A DNA stretch of 64,000 bases from Balanoglossus misakiensis (Eukaryota; Animalia; Hemichordata): positions 6,637,129 through 6,701,128 of the forward strand of contig CM082576.2 in assembly GCA_040954595.2 (NCBI GenBank), written 5' to 3'. The position numbers and the translations under genes were made by a program. Below are positions 1-14,000 of the stretch, piece by piece. The notes under the pieces are model-generated. The model worked only from the letters and a program-made list of their open reading frames with translations, ran no database searches and had not been told where the DNA came from. Positions within the stretch are counted from its first letter, which is position 1, and the number at the start of each line of letters is the position of its first letter.

Positions 1-126
1 TATGTCCCTTGCTAAATCATAACAACTAATGTCTTTGATTTTGGCCGTCAAGAATTAGTGTTTTTTTTATATTGTTGCACACAATCAATTCTTTCTGAAC
101 GATTCTGTTGAAACACCATCTTTCAG

Positions 127-3051
127 GATGTTACACCAGACAATTTCCTCAACATCCTTCAAGGCAACGCAGAAGCAATGTCTGGCATTGGAAGTGGAAA
201 GGTCATCGCCAGGTGTGTGTCATTCATCATAACCTTTGACCTGTACTGATACCATTGTTTCAAAGCCTGAATTCATGTCAGCAACTTGGACACATTTTTC
301 AGTTATTTTTCATACTATATGAAAAATAGCAGAGAATAGCATTTGTGTGTGGTGAAGCTGAGCTTGACTAGCCTGGAGGCATAGATAAATATTTGAATAT
401 CATTCAAACATCTGAGTTTCTATTTTTTGTTATAGTGGTCCTAACGATCACGTTTTCGTCAACTTTGCTGACCATGGTGCACCTGGTATTGTAGCATTCC
501 CAGCTGGTGGTGAGGTGAGATACTCTGAGTGGTATAGACATTACAGGGTTTTCCCTGCCAGAGTGTCTCACAGCATTGTAGTAATTTCGTGACAGTAGGA
601 GTAGTTGTTACATTAATTATTGCCTTAACAGTGGCAATATTTGAAATATTTCAAGCAGCTGAAAGATTTGCCAGACTTTGGAATCCCATTTTGATGTCTT
701 TGTGTGTAAAAGGTTTTATTCAAAAATTCTCTGTTTTTCCTTTGTCACAGTTGCACGCCACCGATCTGAACAATGCAATTCAGAGCATGTTCCAGCAGCA
801 GAAATATGCAAAGGTAAAAATGAGTAGATTTGGTGCTAGCAATGTCAATGTGTAGGCTCTTCCCTTTGTAAGAGCGAGTGGGAGGTATAGCAGGGTCAAT
901 GGCTTGACTCGTCCATTCATGATATAGATAAAGACATGCAAACTACTTTACCCAGCAACTTGCTGTACCATGGCGTGTGTAGCTAAACATTTCTTTATAT
1001 TAAGGGGACATTCATTATTATTTCTGTGTTTGTGTCCTTGTGTCCTTTATTAGATGACCCTCTACTTTGAAGCATGTGAATCGGGATCCATGTTTGAGAA
1101 TCTGTTGCCGAACAACATCAATGCTTTTGCCACGACCGCCTCCAATGCTGAGGAATCATCCTACGCCTGTTACTATGACGAACAGAGGAGGACTTATCTG
1201 GGTGACGTCTACAGTGTCAAGTGGATGGAAGACTCTGATGTGGTAGGTCAGGGGTCAAAGGTTGTGACATGACCCCAGTTTGGTATTTTTTTGCCAGTTC
1301 TTCATTATTGATATGAGGAAAATCCATGTTTAATGCTTAGTCCTTTGTGGTATGGTGAATATCAAACCAGTATCATTGTACTAGCTGCTTTTGTGCACAG
1401 CCGCTATATCAGTAAAACTTTGACCACGCACACTGATTTTATGCTTGATTCCCACAGGAGGACCTGTCTTCGTGGACACTTCAGGAACAGTTTGAGCTGG
1501 TGAAGAAGGAAACGAACACCAGCCACGTGCAGGAGTACGGCGACCTGTCCATGGGTTCACTGGTGATTGACGAGTTCCAGGGTGGGGAGAACCCAGTGCC
1601 TAGACAGCCGAGCAAACCCTACCCACGAGTGCCTGTGAGTAGAATTCGAATCCATTTTCAGTTGTCAATTTTTGTGTCTTGTTATGCAGGTATTCATAAT
1701 TGTACACAACACATTCTGAAAGTATATGTACAATGTAGGTGTTAAAATGATGAAATGTTACCAGATTCTGCATTTGTCTACACTGCTGTATTGTCTGTGA
1801 ACTCGTTTTTCAGCTTGATGCCGTACCAGCACCAGACGTTCCCATGGCAATCTTGCAACACCGCCTGACTGCCTCCAAGACAACCAAGGAAAGACAGGAA
1901 ATTGTCCAGGAGATGAGCAAATTATTGGAGGTAAGAAGTAACGCATGTGTCGGGTGTTTGGAATCTGTGATACCTCAGCTCTGTGTGAAATCATGAATTG
2001 AGAGTAATACTTAAAGGCGGCTGTGATGGACCGCATCAGATGTGGTACCACTGAAGGGGAGCATTTCCTTTTCATTTCTTTCCTTTGGATGCAATGGGGG
2101 ACTTTAGTGTATGAAACTCTGTAATTAAATGGCTGTAAACCACCGCCACTTTTATGTTTGACCCAGATGCGTTCCATGGTGACAGACACGGTGAGACAGA
2201 TCGTCAACCTTGCCACGGACACCGCCACCCAGGCAGACAGGATAGTCAACACCAAGAAAACAAAGCTGCAAAGCCATTACTGTTACAAGGCTGCCGTCAG
2301 ACACTTTGCTGACAACTGCTTTAGCCTCAATTTGGTGAGTTTTGATCATCGGTTGTTGTTTAGCTTTGAGCGGAAATGGATATCCGAAACTATATACAGC
2401 AATCACTGATTTGATTTCATGAGTCAGAAGAATGATGTATCCATTCCTCACTGTCTGTTCATTTATTTGCTGAGTCATACTGAAATCATCAACATGCATT
2501 TTTTTCTTCAACAGAATGATTATCCACTGCGTCATTTATACGTCTTTGTTAACATGTGCGAAGAGAAGGTACCAGTTTTCAGGTGAGACTCTTGTCTCTC
2601 TCAGTACGATGTTCCCCCAAGATTACAACATTTGTCTTTTTTCTTATGGTTGTGATGATTCATCGATCAAGGTCCTTGTCCTATATAATCTTGTGTCACA
2701 ATAGGGATAACCTTGCTTTCATAGGACAATAGAAATTAGTTCAGGATATCGTTTTATCAAAATCTTAGATTGCTGTGGATCAATAGGACGCAGGGAAATT
2801 CTATTGTCCTTGAACACTGCTACATGCATATGCACATGATATTTTTCTTCAGTAGAAGTTTGTATTGGCTTGGTGTTGATGTGCAGAACATTTTTATTCA
2901 CCTTGAGTTAAAAGCACTGCACAGACTTGTATATGTATTGTATTAGTTTTAAGTTGTTGTCATTTTTTTCTCTCTCCTCAACAGAATGACAGAGGCCATG
3001 GACAGAGTGTGTGGAACTCAGCTTGCCAAGTTCATGAAGGGTATCTACTAA
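127..3051 (+). CDS. LGMN: Legumain (asparaginyl endopeptidase, peptidase C13); 5' part lies outside the window
   Basis: GT-AG exons at about 127-212, 436-514, 751-813, 1054-1242, 1458-1634, 1814-1930, 2168-2334, 2515-2582 and 2985-3051 join in frame. They give [33 protein letters not shown] (catalytic His), [14 protein letters not shown] (catalytic Cys), [34 protein letters not shown] and a C-terminal prodomain with HYCYK..NCF..NMCE..RVC. Stop TAA at 3049-3051. Confidence 0.96.
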
Positions 3052-6000
3052 AATGCAAGAGTGGCTGCATGTAGTCTTACTTGGAAAAAAAGTAGAACTG
3101 GTGAAATCAACAACTACAGGAGACCAAGAAAACAACAACAAAACAAGATTAACATTAATTTTATTTTCACATTCAGCCATTACTCTGTACTTAAATTCTG
3201 TTCGCTGGGACCATTTTGAATTCGAGTTCAAAATGTACTGATTTTAGTGATGACCACCATGGCTCATCCTTCGCCAAATCTAATCATGCAGTGCGTTGAA
3301 CTTAAACAATTGAGATATGTTTGCATATGTTGATAGCGCGCTATTCTTTTCCAGATAACCTCTGACCTTGCCTACTTTTTTGGGTAAGGTCACGGAATCA
3401 GTATCGCAGTTGTTGATTTCATCAAGGTGCGAGCCACAATCCTAATTTACATTTTATATCCCAGACCATGCTGCACATTCCCAAAACGGAAATCGAATCA
3501 TGAACTAATGGCCGACAACACAAACACATACACATAAAATTGATCATGATTATTAAATTAAAAAGAGCAATTTTAACATATCAGCAAACCAAACCATGCA
3601 AACTGTATCAAACAAGCAAAATGGTTAAATAATTTGTAAACTTATGAAAAAGTAAACTATTTTTATATCTGATGATAGAGATTACTACATTTCAAGAATT
3701 TTAGTGAATTTGTCTATACAGCTTAACTTTCCATTTGATACTTTTACACCTCGGTGCTTGAAAGACTGACAGGTGTTTTTGTGTACTGTCTGGTGATGTC
3801 TCTCAGTGATTTTAGGAAGTTCACTCATTCTGTCCACACAACACCAGGAATGTCCCTCAGTCGAGAGTGGCACCCATTTCTCTACTAGATATTTCCTGAA
3901 CAGGAAATGTTCCCAGGAAAGCAAAATGGTCGTACGGGTACAACTGTTATACTTGTTCTACTCTGAGATGAGGTCAGTTATTGAAGTAAACATTCCAGTG
4001 GTGCAGGGAAAAACACACAACAAAAGATTAAACCATTTTGTTACTTCTGAAAGAATATTTCCATTTCTTCAAATTTTCTATATTTACAGAAAATTAAGCA
4101 ATTAACATGAACTTATTACATGTATTGTTATACTCTAAGTGCTGGTAATTTTTTACCAAACATACATATCCAAGAATTAAAATGTTTCTTACCAATCACA
4201 TGTTCGTCTGCTTGTTAAAGAAGAAAAGCCAAAGACGACATTGTTCACTTATGTTGAAATCGAAAGGTTTGGTGGCGCCGTCTCTGCAAAATCCCCTGCA
4301 ATGGAGAGCACCCTCGGCCCTCTAGAGGCAACATTCGTGCCCTTGCTTGATAAGTACCAGTGCGTAATGTTTGATCTTCAGAAAGAGAATTTTAGGTCGG
4401 CTACTGTAATTCAGATTTCTCTGAAAACGCCACCAGGAAATGTCTTTAATGTGTGCATATCAAATGTACACCAATCGTATAGACATGGTGGCTCTGTTTG
4501 ACTTTCATTTGCCACATAGCATGTGGAGCTGTATGGGATCCCTATGTGTGCAAAGGTGTCTGTCATGTGTATGTCAATGTCGATGAAGATTTTAAGATGG
4601 CTGCACGTTGTGTCTTTTGTTGGGTAGTGTACAGAGGGGGAGGGTGAGAGAGAACTGCAGTTTGAAATGGGTGCGAACCCTTCTATGAATAATGAGACAA
4701 CACACAGAGAACATTAGTTTGAGACAGTTTTTATCTTGACATTGTGTGACATGGTGAGAATTAACAAAGATTCCAAACACTAATCACTTGGGAATGAAAG
4801 GGGGGTTCTTATACATGCAGCACTAAATCGAGTCCATCAGATGCACACCAAACAGTGAAAAAACGATGAAAAACACTGATGCATAATCCAGGTACCACCC
4901 CAATAACTTAAGAGACTCCCCTTCAGAAAAAATAAACTTAGAAACTCCAACACAATGAATTGCTGTGTTTTTATTGTACACAGTTTAAAATTTGGCGAAC
5001 TTCCTTGACCACTTTCATAGTTTACAAAACGAGACATTGAGATGTGGTTCTACCAGTAATTTTTTTGTGATGTAGTCCTCATCTTCTACACTCAACCTGT
5101 GCATCCTCTAATTTTTTCCTTCAAATATTCTTAATACAGGTCTTGCACCACAGTGCTTCCACGCCATCCCAAAACTTTACAACCATTTCTACTCAAGTAG
5201 AGTCGACTTTCCACTGATTAACAAATATAACAGAATGTGAAAGAAGAACGAACTGATGAAATTGTAAGCTTTGAGATTCCTCCTGTATACATGACACAGC
5301 TCAAATAAATCGCAACTGATTCAATTTGCTCCACTGCAGTAGAAATGGTTGTAAAATAAAGGCTGTGGCTCTTTACAGTAAAGGCTGGTGACCGGATTTG
5401 CATTTGTGCCACCTGGGTGAAAATGGTTGTAGCCAGCTGCAGATCAAAACGACCATGTGTAAATCCACCTTCCAGAGGGTGTATGAGAATCTCTCCTCAG
5501 CACACGCACATCAATCAATCAACCATTACACTATGTCGATCATTCCGACCAATTATCTTTCAGTTTCACAGACTACAATTGTATCTTTTCTTTTAAAAAA
5601 CAACAACAAAAATGAGCTTCTGGTTTGTGGGATGATACATGTACAATAAAAAAAAAACTTAGTATGTGGTATAATATTACAACTATGTATACTTCCACAG
5701 TTCACCACCAACATAAAATGAATCAAAAAATGAGCTTGAAAGATCCCAGTTTGGTGTTTATATAAGAAAACTTTCATCAATAAGTTAGGACTTGATGACG
5801 AGCAATAGACAAAGCTCAGACGCAGAACTCCCTAACTGAATAAGAAAAACCAGCATTAATTTTTTGTTTGATATAATACATTAATTAGTATAGGCTGAGA
5901 ATTCTGTCTCTAGTAATCCATGCCAAACCAAAAAAACCTTGGCATATAATCTATGACTTATTTTTCTAGAAAGATTTGAATTATTTCTTACATGATTTTC

Positions 6001-6869
6001 TGTTAATAATGCATATAAACCAAAATAATAATTTATGTTCTTAAAATATACAAAAATGACAAAATATAGTTAGTAAAATACTGTTAACTGCATCATCTTG
6101 CTATCCGTTTCATCTCCTTGTGCAAAGGATTACATGTTAAAAGTCCAAAATACAGGGACAGTGATTAAGCAAGGAACAACATCTTGAATTTGGAATATTA
6201 TTTTTTTTTCTTAAAAAGTCAGAAAATAAAAATAAAAGTAGCACGATGGAGAGTTATGAAGTGGAGAATGAAATGCTGGGTGATACAGTTGAGTTGAGAA
6301 GACAAATCAACTTTATAATCAGAACTCTAAAAGTTTGAGACAATCACACTCGACCAACACAACACGAAACACTGAATTCTAATGATTCTACATCGATGAG
6401 TTGTTTATATGGATTTTTAAAAATATGACTGGCATTGTCAACAAGTTACGACAAAGCTTTTCACCCCTAGGCTTGCCAACAATTGCTGCAGGTAGCTTTG
6501 GAAGAGTTCTATTTTGGATTATTCTATTATATGGGTTATGGGGGGGGGGGGAGCACACGACACTCATACTCACATGCATATTTGATTACGTTGGATGAAC
6601 TGATACTACGAGTCAAGCGGGGTGATAGGCAGGGATGCCTGAACAGAGGACAATGCATGCCACTCGCATACAACACAGACCACAGCACTGCTACTTTGCT
6701 TGATTCAACTGTGAATACATCTGTCTGAAACTCTTTGAATGAAACTTTCTGACCGCAAAATTTTCACAGCAAGCATCAAGAAATGCTGACATGTGGAGAA
6801 AAAAAATGCCCAATGCGAGTTTGAATACTGTGGTATCCTACATGGGTAAACATTCAACTTGAGGAGAGT

Positions 6870-6962
6870 TTAACCCTTTCTCCACCATGGTTCAGTCCAA
6901 ACCCACTGTTTTCTACGGTAAGGTTGGACCTCAATAGAGGGAACTGGGGGTGAAAGGGTTAA
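6870..6962. mobile_element. piggyBac-type MITE (85 bp) with TTAA target sites
   Basis: TTAA-CCCTTTCTCCACCA ... TGGGGGTGAAAGGG-TTAA. The 14-bp TIRs have 2 mismatches and CCC/GGG ends. Confidence 0.75.
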
Positions 6963-8049
6963 TTGAATGACCTCTTCTAACTCTAGCTTGTGTTGTGTTT
7001 CTTTACAAAATCTGGCCACAGTCAGTGGACATATTTTAGAATTCTAATCTAGATTAACTTTTCATCTTCCTAGTTTAATAACAGGCTGGCATCTCAGGGA
7101 GAGAAAGAAAGAGGTTGCCCTCGTAAAAAATAGTAGTAGGATGAAATATTACAACAATGGAGAATAGCCTCTGCAGCGAAATGAGAAAAGTCTTGATGAT
7201 TTAATTTTTATTTTTTTGGACTACATGTGTGAGTTACTAGCTGTTATGGCAGTTACATAAGACCTTTATGTATTGTAAGTACATAATTCTTTAATATTTC
7301 AATACATTACTTGGCACGGGCTAAATAAGGGTGCACAACACCTCTTTTTAAATATTAAATTCCTGCGGCAAAATACTGAACGTATTGGCCCCGAAGACAG
7401 ATGAACAAACCCCCACACCGTCGATAATAAACCAATGATTTACAATGTTCTTTCTTTGTTTAAAACCGTATTGGTATGATAATTACAAAACAAAATGGAT
7501 AAAACCCGTCCTGTTATTCCACCGCTGAAACAACAGATCGGTGTGATGGCAGTGCAGTTTGCTGCTGCACCGGCCAGTCGCAACCCACACTGCTGTACAA
7601 ACTGAGCCTAGGGAGCCCTTTACACCATCTTCCTATCAATAATAACCAAGTAGAAATAAATCAGGCCCCTTGCCTGTTATATGGGAGTCAAAAAAGATTC
7701 AAAGATCACATCCCATGGGAATATTGCAAAACAAATTATCCATAACCTCCGCCTCTGTAAGTTTTCTTCAGAAAAACAACAACGATGTGCTGTAGACTGA
7801 ATATTGCAACTAAAGGAACGTTTTTTTCTTCTTCTTTTGCAATGAAACAGAAAAGTCATTATCTTCCGGGAGGATTTTTCTCACTCTTCCAGTATAGGTC
7901 TATCTTTTTTTTCCCTGTTGTGTCTGTCTCCCAGTAAGAACAGCATAGGTTGCCAAATATTCGGATAAAAGCTAAAAGCGCCTCTCTGCTGTAAGTTTGT
8001 ACCGAGCTGTAAGTTCGCACAGACGCTGCTGGGAAACACGTCCCCAGAC

Positions 8050-11000
8050 TCAGTATTTCTTGGCTCCCTTCAGTCCCACCCTTTCTCGGCTGTACTCGGA
8101 GTTCTTGCCGTGGCCGACTCCTTGCTGCGGCACCTGCCGTTTGCGGTTCTTCCGCAGCTTGGCCATGTCCTCGCCGAACACGTCGCCCGTGCGCAGCGCC
8201 GAGATCAGGTCGTCGAATTCGCCTTGGTCCTTGTTGCCGCGGTTACCCTGTTTGCCTTGTCTGCTGGCTTTCCTCTGCCGCTCCTTCTCCAGTCTCTGCG
8301 TCGTGAGACAAATCAATGCGTTGTTATTGCATGCAAATTTGCACTGGTCTTGTTCATGTGGGCACCACTGTGAAAGGTCGCTCATTGCAAGGTTGATATG
8401 TACGGAAAGATTGCTATTCCGATAAAGCACTTTTACCTTGTGGAAATTGGCATCTTACATGTGCAACAAGATTTCAAACGCCCTTCTACAAATTATGCCA
8501 AAGATCACATTGAAGCAATAATTGTGCCAGGCAGTTTCAGAGTATCGCCCAACATTTACGGTGGCAATTGATAGAGGGCGCTTCATCACCCAGGGAACTC
8601 CAATCCTCCCCACTGACTGACTGTCGGTCACTCACCTCCTGTTCGATCTTTTTCCGCTTTTCCTCTTCGGCTTTCTTCTTCTTGTAATTTTCGTTATCGA
8701 CCTTCGCTTCACCAAAAGATTGCAAGAAGATGTCAAAGACACCGAAGAACTCGTCGGGAGTGGTTTTGCCGTCTTCACCAAAGTGTTTCAGTGTTCTACC
8801 GTACTGTGAACAGTGACAACATTGCAAAGGAGTTATTATTGTGACTTGTGCCTATGACTTATCAGATCAATGACATACACACATATTCATAGGTCGGTCT
8901 GATCACTTTGATGAGTTTCATTTTCTGATGCACCCTTTCACAAGCAAAACACATCGGTTTCGTTCTTCATTACACTTGTGTGGACAAGTCAAAGTCCCTC
9001 AGTGAAGCATGGGCAGCAGGTGAAAAAGCAGGACGCTTGGTTCTACTTACCCTATCTTTAGCGTTCACCATTATATCTTCTAGCTCAGAAAACCTTAGAG
9101 TTGCTACAGTGCAGAAGTCGCTCATGACCGATACAAACTTGTCTCCTCGCGAACTTGTCCTATTTTTGTGATAGTCCAGTTCCTGATACACAGGGGAAAA
9201 AATTCACAAAGTCAAGTACAATCAGAAACGATATTTGGCTCGATCACAACGTGGCCACAGTTTCTCAGAGACCAGTGACAATCTACAGTGAGAAAATTCC
9301 ACCAATATCCCAAAACATCCACACAGGTAAAAACTGTGAGAGTATATTTTTTCAGCACAGAATGTGAGATCCTATAAAAGACAGTAGCCTCAACACTAGA
9401 CAACATTGGCTACATGTTGAAGATGACTTCAAAAAAATAACAGCATTTGACCTACCCGTTCACATTCTTTGAGCCCACTTCTTAAAACAGCTATTTCTTT
9501 TTCAAGTTCTGCATTGCTGTAAAGAGAATCAAAATATTGTTAGGCAGGGAACGGTGCAGTTTATCTAAGTCAGTCATGTACGACAAGTGTGTAGTCATGC
9601 ATGCGTGGAAGGTAGGGAAAATGCTTTGAAGTCATAATGAGGTGCATAAGAACAGCTCAAGTTTTAAACAAAGTTTGGCTACAGTTCACTTGAAATCAAT
9701 CAGCTTTGTTTCCAATTCAACAACTCAGTGTCTAATGTTTGGTATATGTATCGCACACCAGGTTCACTCACCTGACTTTGGCTGCTACTCTAACACTAGG
9801 AATTTCATCCTCCAGTTTGTAAACGTCTGGAAGCTGCAAAGAACAAGAGAACAAAACGCTCAAATCTTCAGCTCTGAAGGTAAAGCAACATTCATATCTG
9901 CTCCTACATGTATCAACTATAAACACATACACACACAGTGCACCACACATGACAGCACAACTGACTCACCTTTTTCTGTAATGTTTCTATGAGATAATGT
10001 AACAATGTAATATTCCTATCTATGCTAGACTTGGTATCTATAATCTTGTTCAGACTTGAGATTTTGAACCCCGACGCATTGCCCCTGGGCCCACGGTTCA
10101 TGTAGTTGCCGACTGCCAACACTATCTCCAGTAGTTTCCTCAGACGCTTGCTACGCTGAACTTCCTTGGATGCGTTGAGTAAAGCTAATTGGAAGATAAG
10201 GGTAAAATAAAGGTAGTTTAATAAATTATGTGCCATGAAACTAAACATAAAAGAGAATCATATTTTCTGGATGAAGTGTGAATGACAGAACATTTCTGTC
10301 TCTGTCCTTACCCCTTTATAAGTATACTTACCTTCTACTTTGGGCTTGCATTCACCCATTCTTTCACCAAATTTCTTCTTGAAATAAAGCGACTTCAACC
10401 TCTGTTCATAGTGGTGGATTCTGCAGAGAGTTCAATGTTCGTTTTGCATTAGAACTGTTACAAACAACTGAAGTCTAGTCATGAAATATCCAAGTAACAA
10501 TATTCCCAGTCACATAAGCAGCCTTAACTGTTTAAAGTCAAAAAGTTGACTTTGAACTTCCAATGGTTGAATCACCCTTCAAAGAGATGTGGGACTTACT
10601 TGCTCATTTCATATAGGAACCTGTCAGCTCTAGCCATCTGCTCAATGGCATGTTTGTGTTCTTCCAGCAGACTGACTTCTTCAGGGCTCGGCACGAACTT
10701 CAGCAGCTGAAAGATATTTCATGACAAATCACTGGTGAATGAATGTAATGATTATCAGAGGTAGATTTTCCAACAGTTTAATGCGGAAGCTTGTCCTCTA
10801 GATTCAGTACCAACATTAGCACAAAGCTTTACTATGGCAGAAGTCAAAGAAGAGGTAGAAACTAAGACCCCCCTAAAAACAACCAAAAAATATAGGGGGG
10901 GGGGGGGAGAAATCACTGGTGAATGAATGTAATGATTATCAGAGGTAGATTTTCCAACAGTTTAATGCGGAAGCTTGTCCTCTAGATTCAGTACCAACAT

Positions 11001-14000
11001 TAGCACAAAGCTTTACTATGGCAGAAGTCAAAGAAGAGGTAGAAACTAAGACCCCCCTAAAAACAACCAAAAAATATAGGGGGGGGGGGGGGGAGAACCG
11101 TTTACCTGTTCTAACATGTCCTTGGGGATATCTTCCTTCTGGTCCATGCTAAGAACAGCTTTGGAGATTTCACTGTTGGTCATTTTCAGCTTGGATAACA
11201 AGATGACACAGTTCTGTGCCCTTCTGCCGTCGACGACCGACAGTTCTTTGGCTTTGGGCTTGATGATTGTGATGTCCTCGTCTTCTATCTTGGCTCTCTG
11301 GTACGCTGAGAACGTCTTCTCAAATTCGTCCAGATCCAACACTCTCATTGCCTACAGAAGAATGATGTGACCACATTCCTATCATTGATATGAATCACTG
11401 CTTTTTTCCCCTCACAATTACTTCTGTCAGTACCCTGTAGCTAGTCTTCATTGTGAGAAAACCTATGTTTTACCTCTTACAGTGCATATGGATATCACTG
11501 TAGGCCTTGAATTATACTTGGTGGATAAACTTGAATCATAAATAATGCTAACATCTCTTGTGTAGCATTTCGCTTTCAAACCCCACAAATGCAATTTTGG
11601 CAAAGTCAGCTTACCTTTGCATCATCCACTTCCTGCCACACAGTTCCCTCCACGTTTGTTTCCGGCAGTTTGGCCCAGTTGAAAGACTTGAGCGGATTGG
11701 AAGGCTTGGGCATGTTTTGCCTTCGCTGTTGCATGGCAGTGGTTGTCCCCGAGTGGGTTTTGAACAGCGGTGGTCCACCTGGGGGTGGCGGTGCACCTGG
11801 GAAACATCATTCAGAGAAATGAATTGAAACACAGCCTTATTTATACTGACTCTACAGTCATATCTTTACGAGAATAGCAATTCGTATTTTTTACACACAT
11901 CAGAAGGCATCCAACAACTTGACACTGGAAAACAGTGACAGATATTCCTCGAGTACCTTCATATCCTGGATAATGTCAAATGTAACCTCTGTGTGTGTCA
12001 TAAATCAGAGTAATTTACACCCTCTGTAGGATTATGTGAATTACCTGGTGGTGGTGGAGGTGGTGGCATGCCCCCCATCATTGGTGGTGGGGGTGGTGGT
12101 GGCGGTGCCCCTCCGGACATTGGTATCATGGGAGGAGGTGGTGGTATGCCAGCGCCACTTGGTGGTGGTGGTGGTGGGATGCCACCGGCCATCGGTATGG
12201 TGCTTTCTGGTAGTGGTCCGCCTTGACTTGCCTGGGAAACAGAAATCCAAAATACAATTATAAATTGAGCAATTCTGTATGTATGATAATCAATGGGAAA
12301 TGGGTCTTTTCGTGTCATAATGGAGCAAGTCTTCACAAACACAGACAAAAAAATGTCCTGTCGATTTCTGAAGATATGCACTACTACTTACAGCTGCTCT
12401 GACGTTGGCTAGTTCTTGAGAGAGTAAAGAAATTTGCTGCTGGGCCTCGATCAAAGATGCCGTCTCCCGCTCTAACTTGGCCTTCATTTGATTCAGGGCG
12501 TTCATAAGTTCCTCCTGTTGAAGCAAATCAGAGCAACATCAAAGCTGTTAGGCGATCGGCTTGCAATGTAGCTGCCGGGCAAGTTACAGCACAAAGATCG
12601 CAGAAGTCACGCAGAAAAAATAATAATAATAAAAAGAAAATAACGGTGATTAAGCGAGAAAGGAGTTACACAATTTGTGCAGACATTAAAGACAACACAC
12701 GTGAGATAGTTATGACAAAACTTGTTTTTTTTTATTCTAATGGCTCTTACCTCCTACTCAGGTAATGCACAGGATTATATGAACGGGAACAAGAAGTATC
12801 ACAGTAGAGAAAGAGAGAGACATGAGTTGATATAAATGGGATCAGTTTATCTAATAGTACATGTGTGGGGAAAAAAACAATGTCAGGGTTTACATGTGTG
12901 TGGTTAGTGTTGAAAAACACAGACAGAAATTAATGTGACAATGACGTGTTTGATTGGAGTATTGGGCACTCTGCAATTATGTACTGATAGTCTGGACTGC
13001 GATACGAGCATGCGATAATGTGTGGTACGAATTCGCCAGCACTGAACTCTGCCCAGCTGACTCTTGAGGGCACACAGCAGAGTGCGAAAGGTGCACGCAC
13101 GCAAGCAATTTGCTATTGCCGTGGAATATATACTGAAAAAAAAGCTCCATCTGCCAGCGGTATTTATACCCTGCACTTAATCGAGCTCTGCCATTGGACC
13201 AGAAATTGATCGCCTGTTACTTCATATGCCGGTATATTATTTATTCAGTTTATTACTGTTTATATGACTAACGCTACTGGTAGCATTTTAACTTCATCTT
13301 TATTCATTTATCACTTCTGACCATCAATCCATTATTCCAGAGTGCCCACGGTTTGAGTGATATCTGAGTGACATCCAAAAAATCACATGACATGTGAGGT
13401 CAACTGGGGTCAAATGGACACACTTGAAATTTAATGGTGCTGGCAAGAACAAGAGGCTATGTTTCCTCTTTCACTGCACTGCCAAAACATTTTGTATTAG
13501 TTGTGTTCACTGTGAGTTTAATGCATGAAGAACTTCACTTGCTGGGTTAGATCTTGCACTCAGATAAAATGCATGTGTGGAGGGAGTTTGTGTGTTAGTG
13601 TTTGAAGAAGAACACAAAGTGACAAAACAAACAACTTTGTAGAGAAACACACAGACACACAACACAAAGTGAAGGGATGCACTCCAGGCAGTCAATCCTC
13701 TAAAATCAAACGGCAGGTTAAAAATTGGCAAATGATCAAACGTGCGACAACCGGGGAGAAACACCTGTAATCTGCAGTTGCAAGTCGGGGGGAGAAAACG
13801 CATGCATGAAATCCGGGTGTGACGTCATCCATTACTCTGGTTGCCATAGTGGCCACATATGTCTACTGGTAGGGTAGTGGCAACAATCTGTGACTGCATA
13901 CAGAGGGTTGGGGAGACTGGAACCATGCTGTCCTACACGAAATTGCATGCAGTCGAGCCAATGCAGCCCCACAATAACTGTACTCAGAAAGATGGTCAAA

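Noticed and set aside
13685-13800. Further microexon-like strings in the DAAM intron (ctgcAG-ATTACAG-GTGTTT; ttttAG-AGGATTGACTGCCTGGA-GTGCAT)
   Set aside because: Weak donors and frame-breaking lengths (7 and 17 nt). They cannot be supported without reads.
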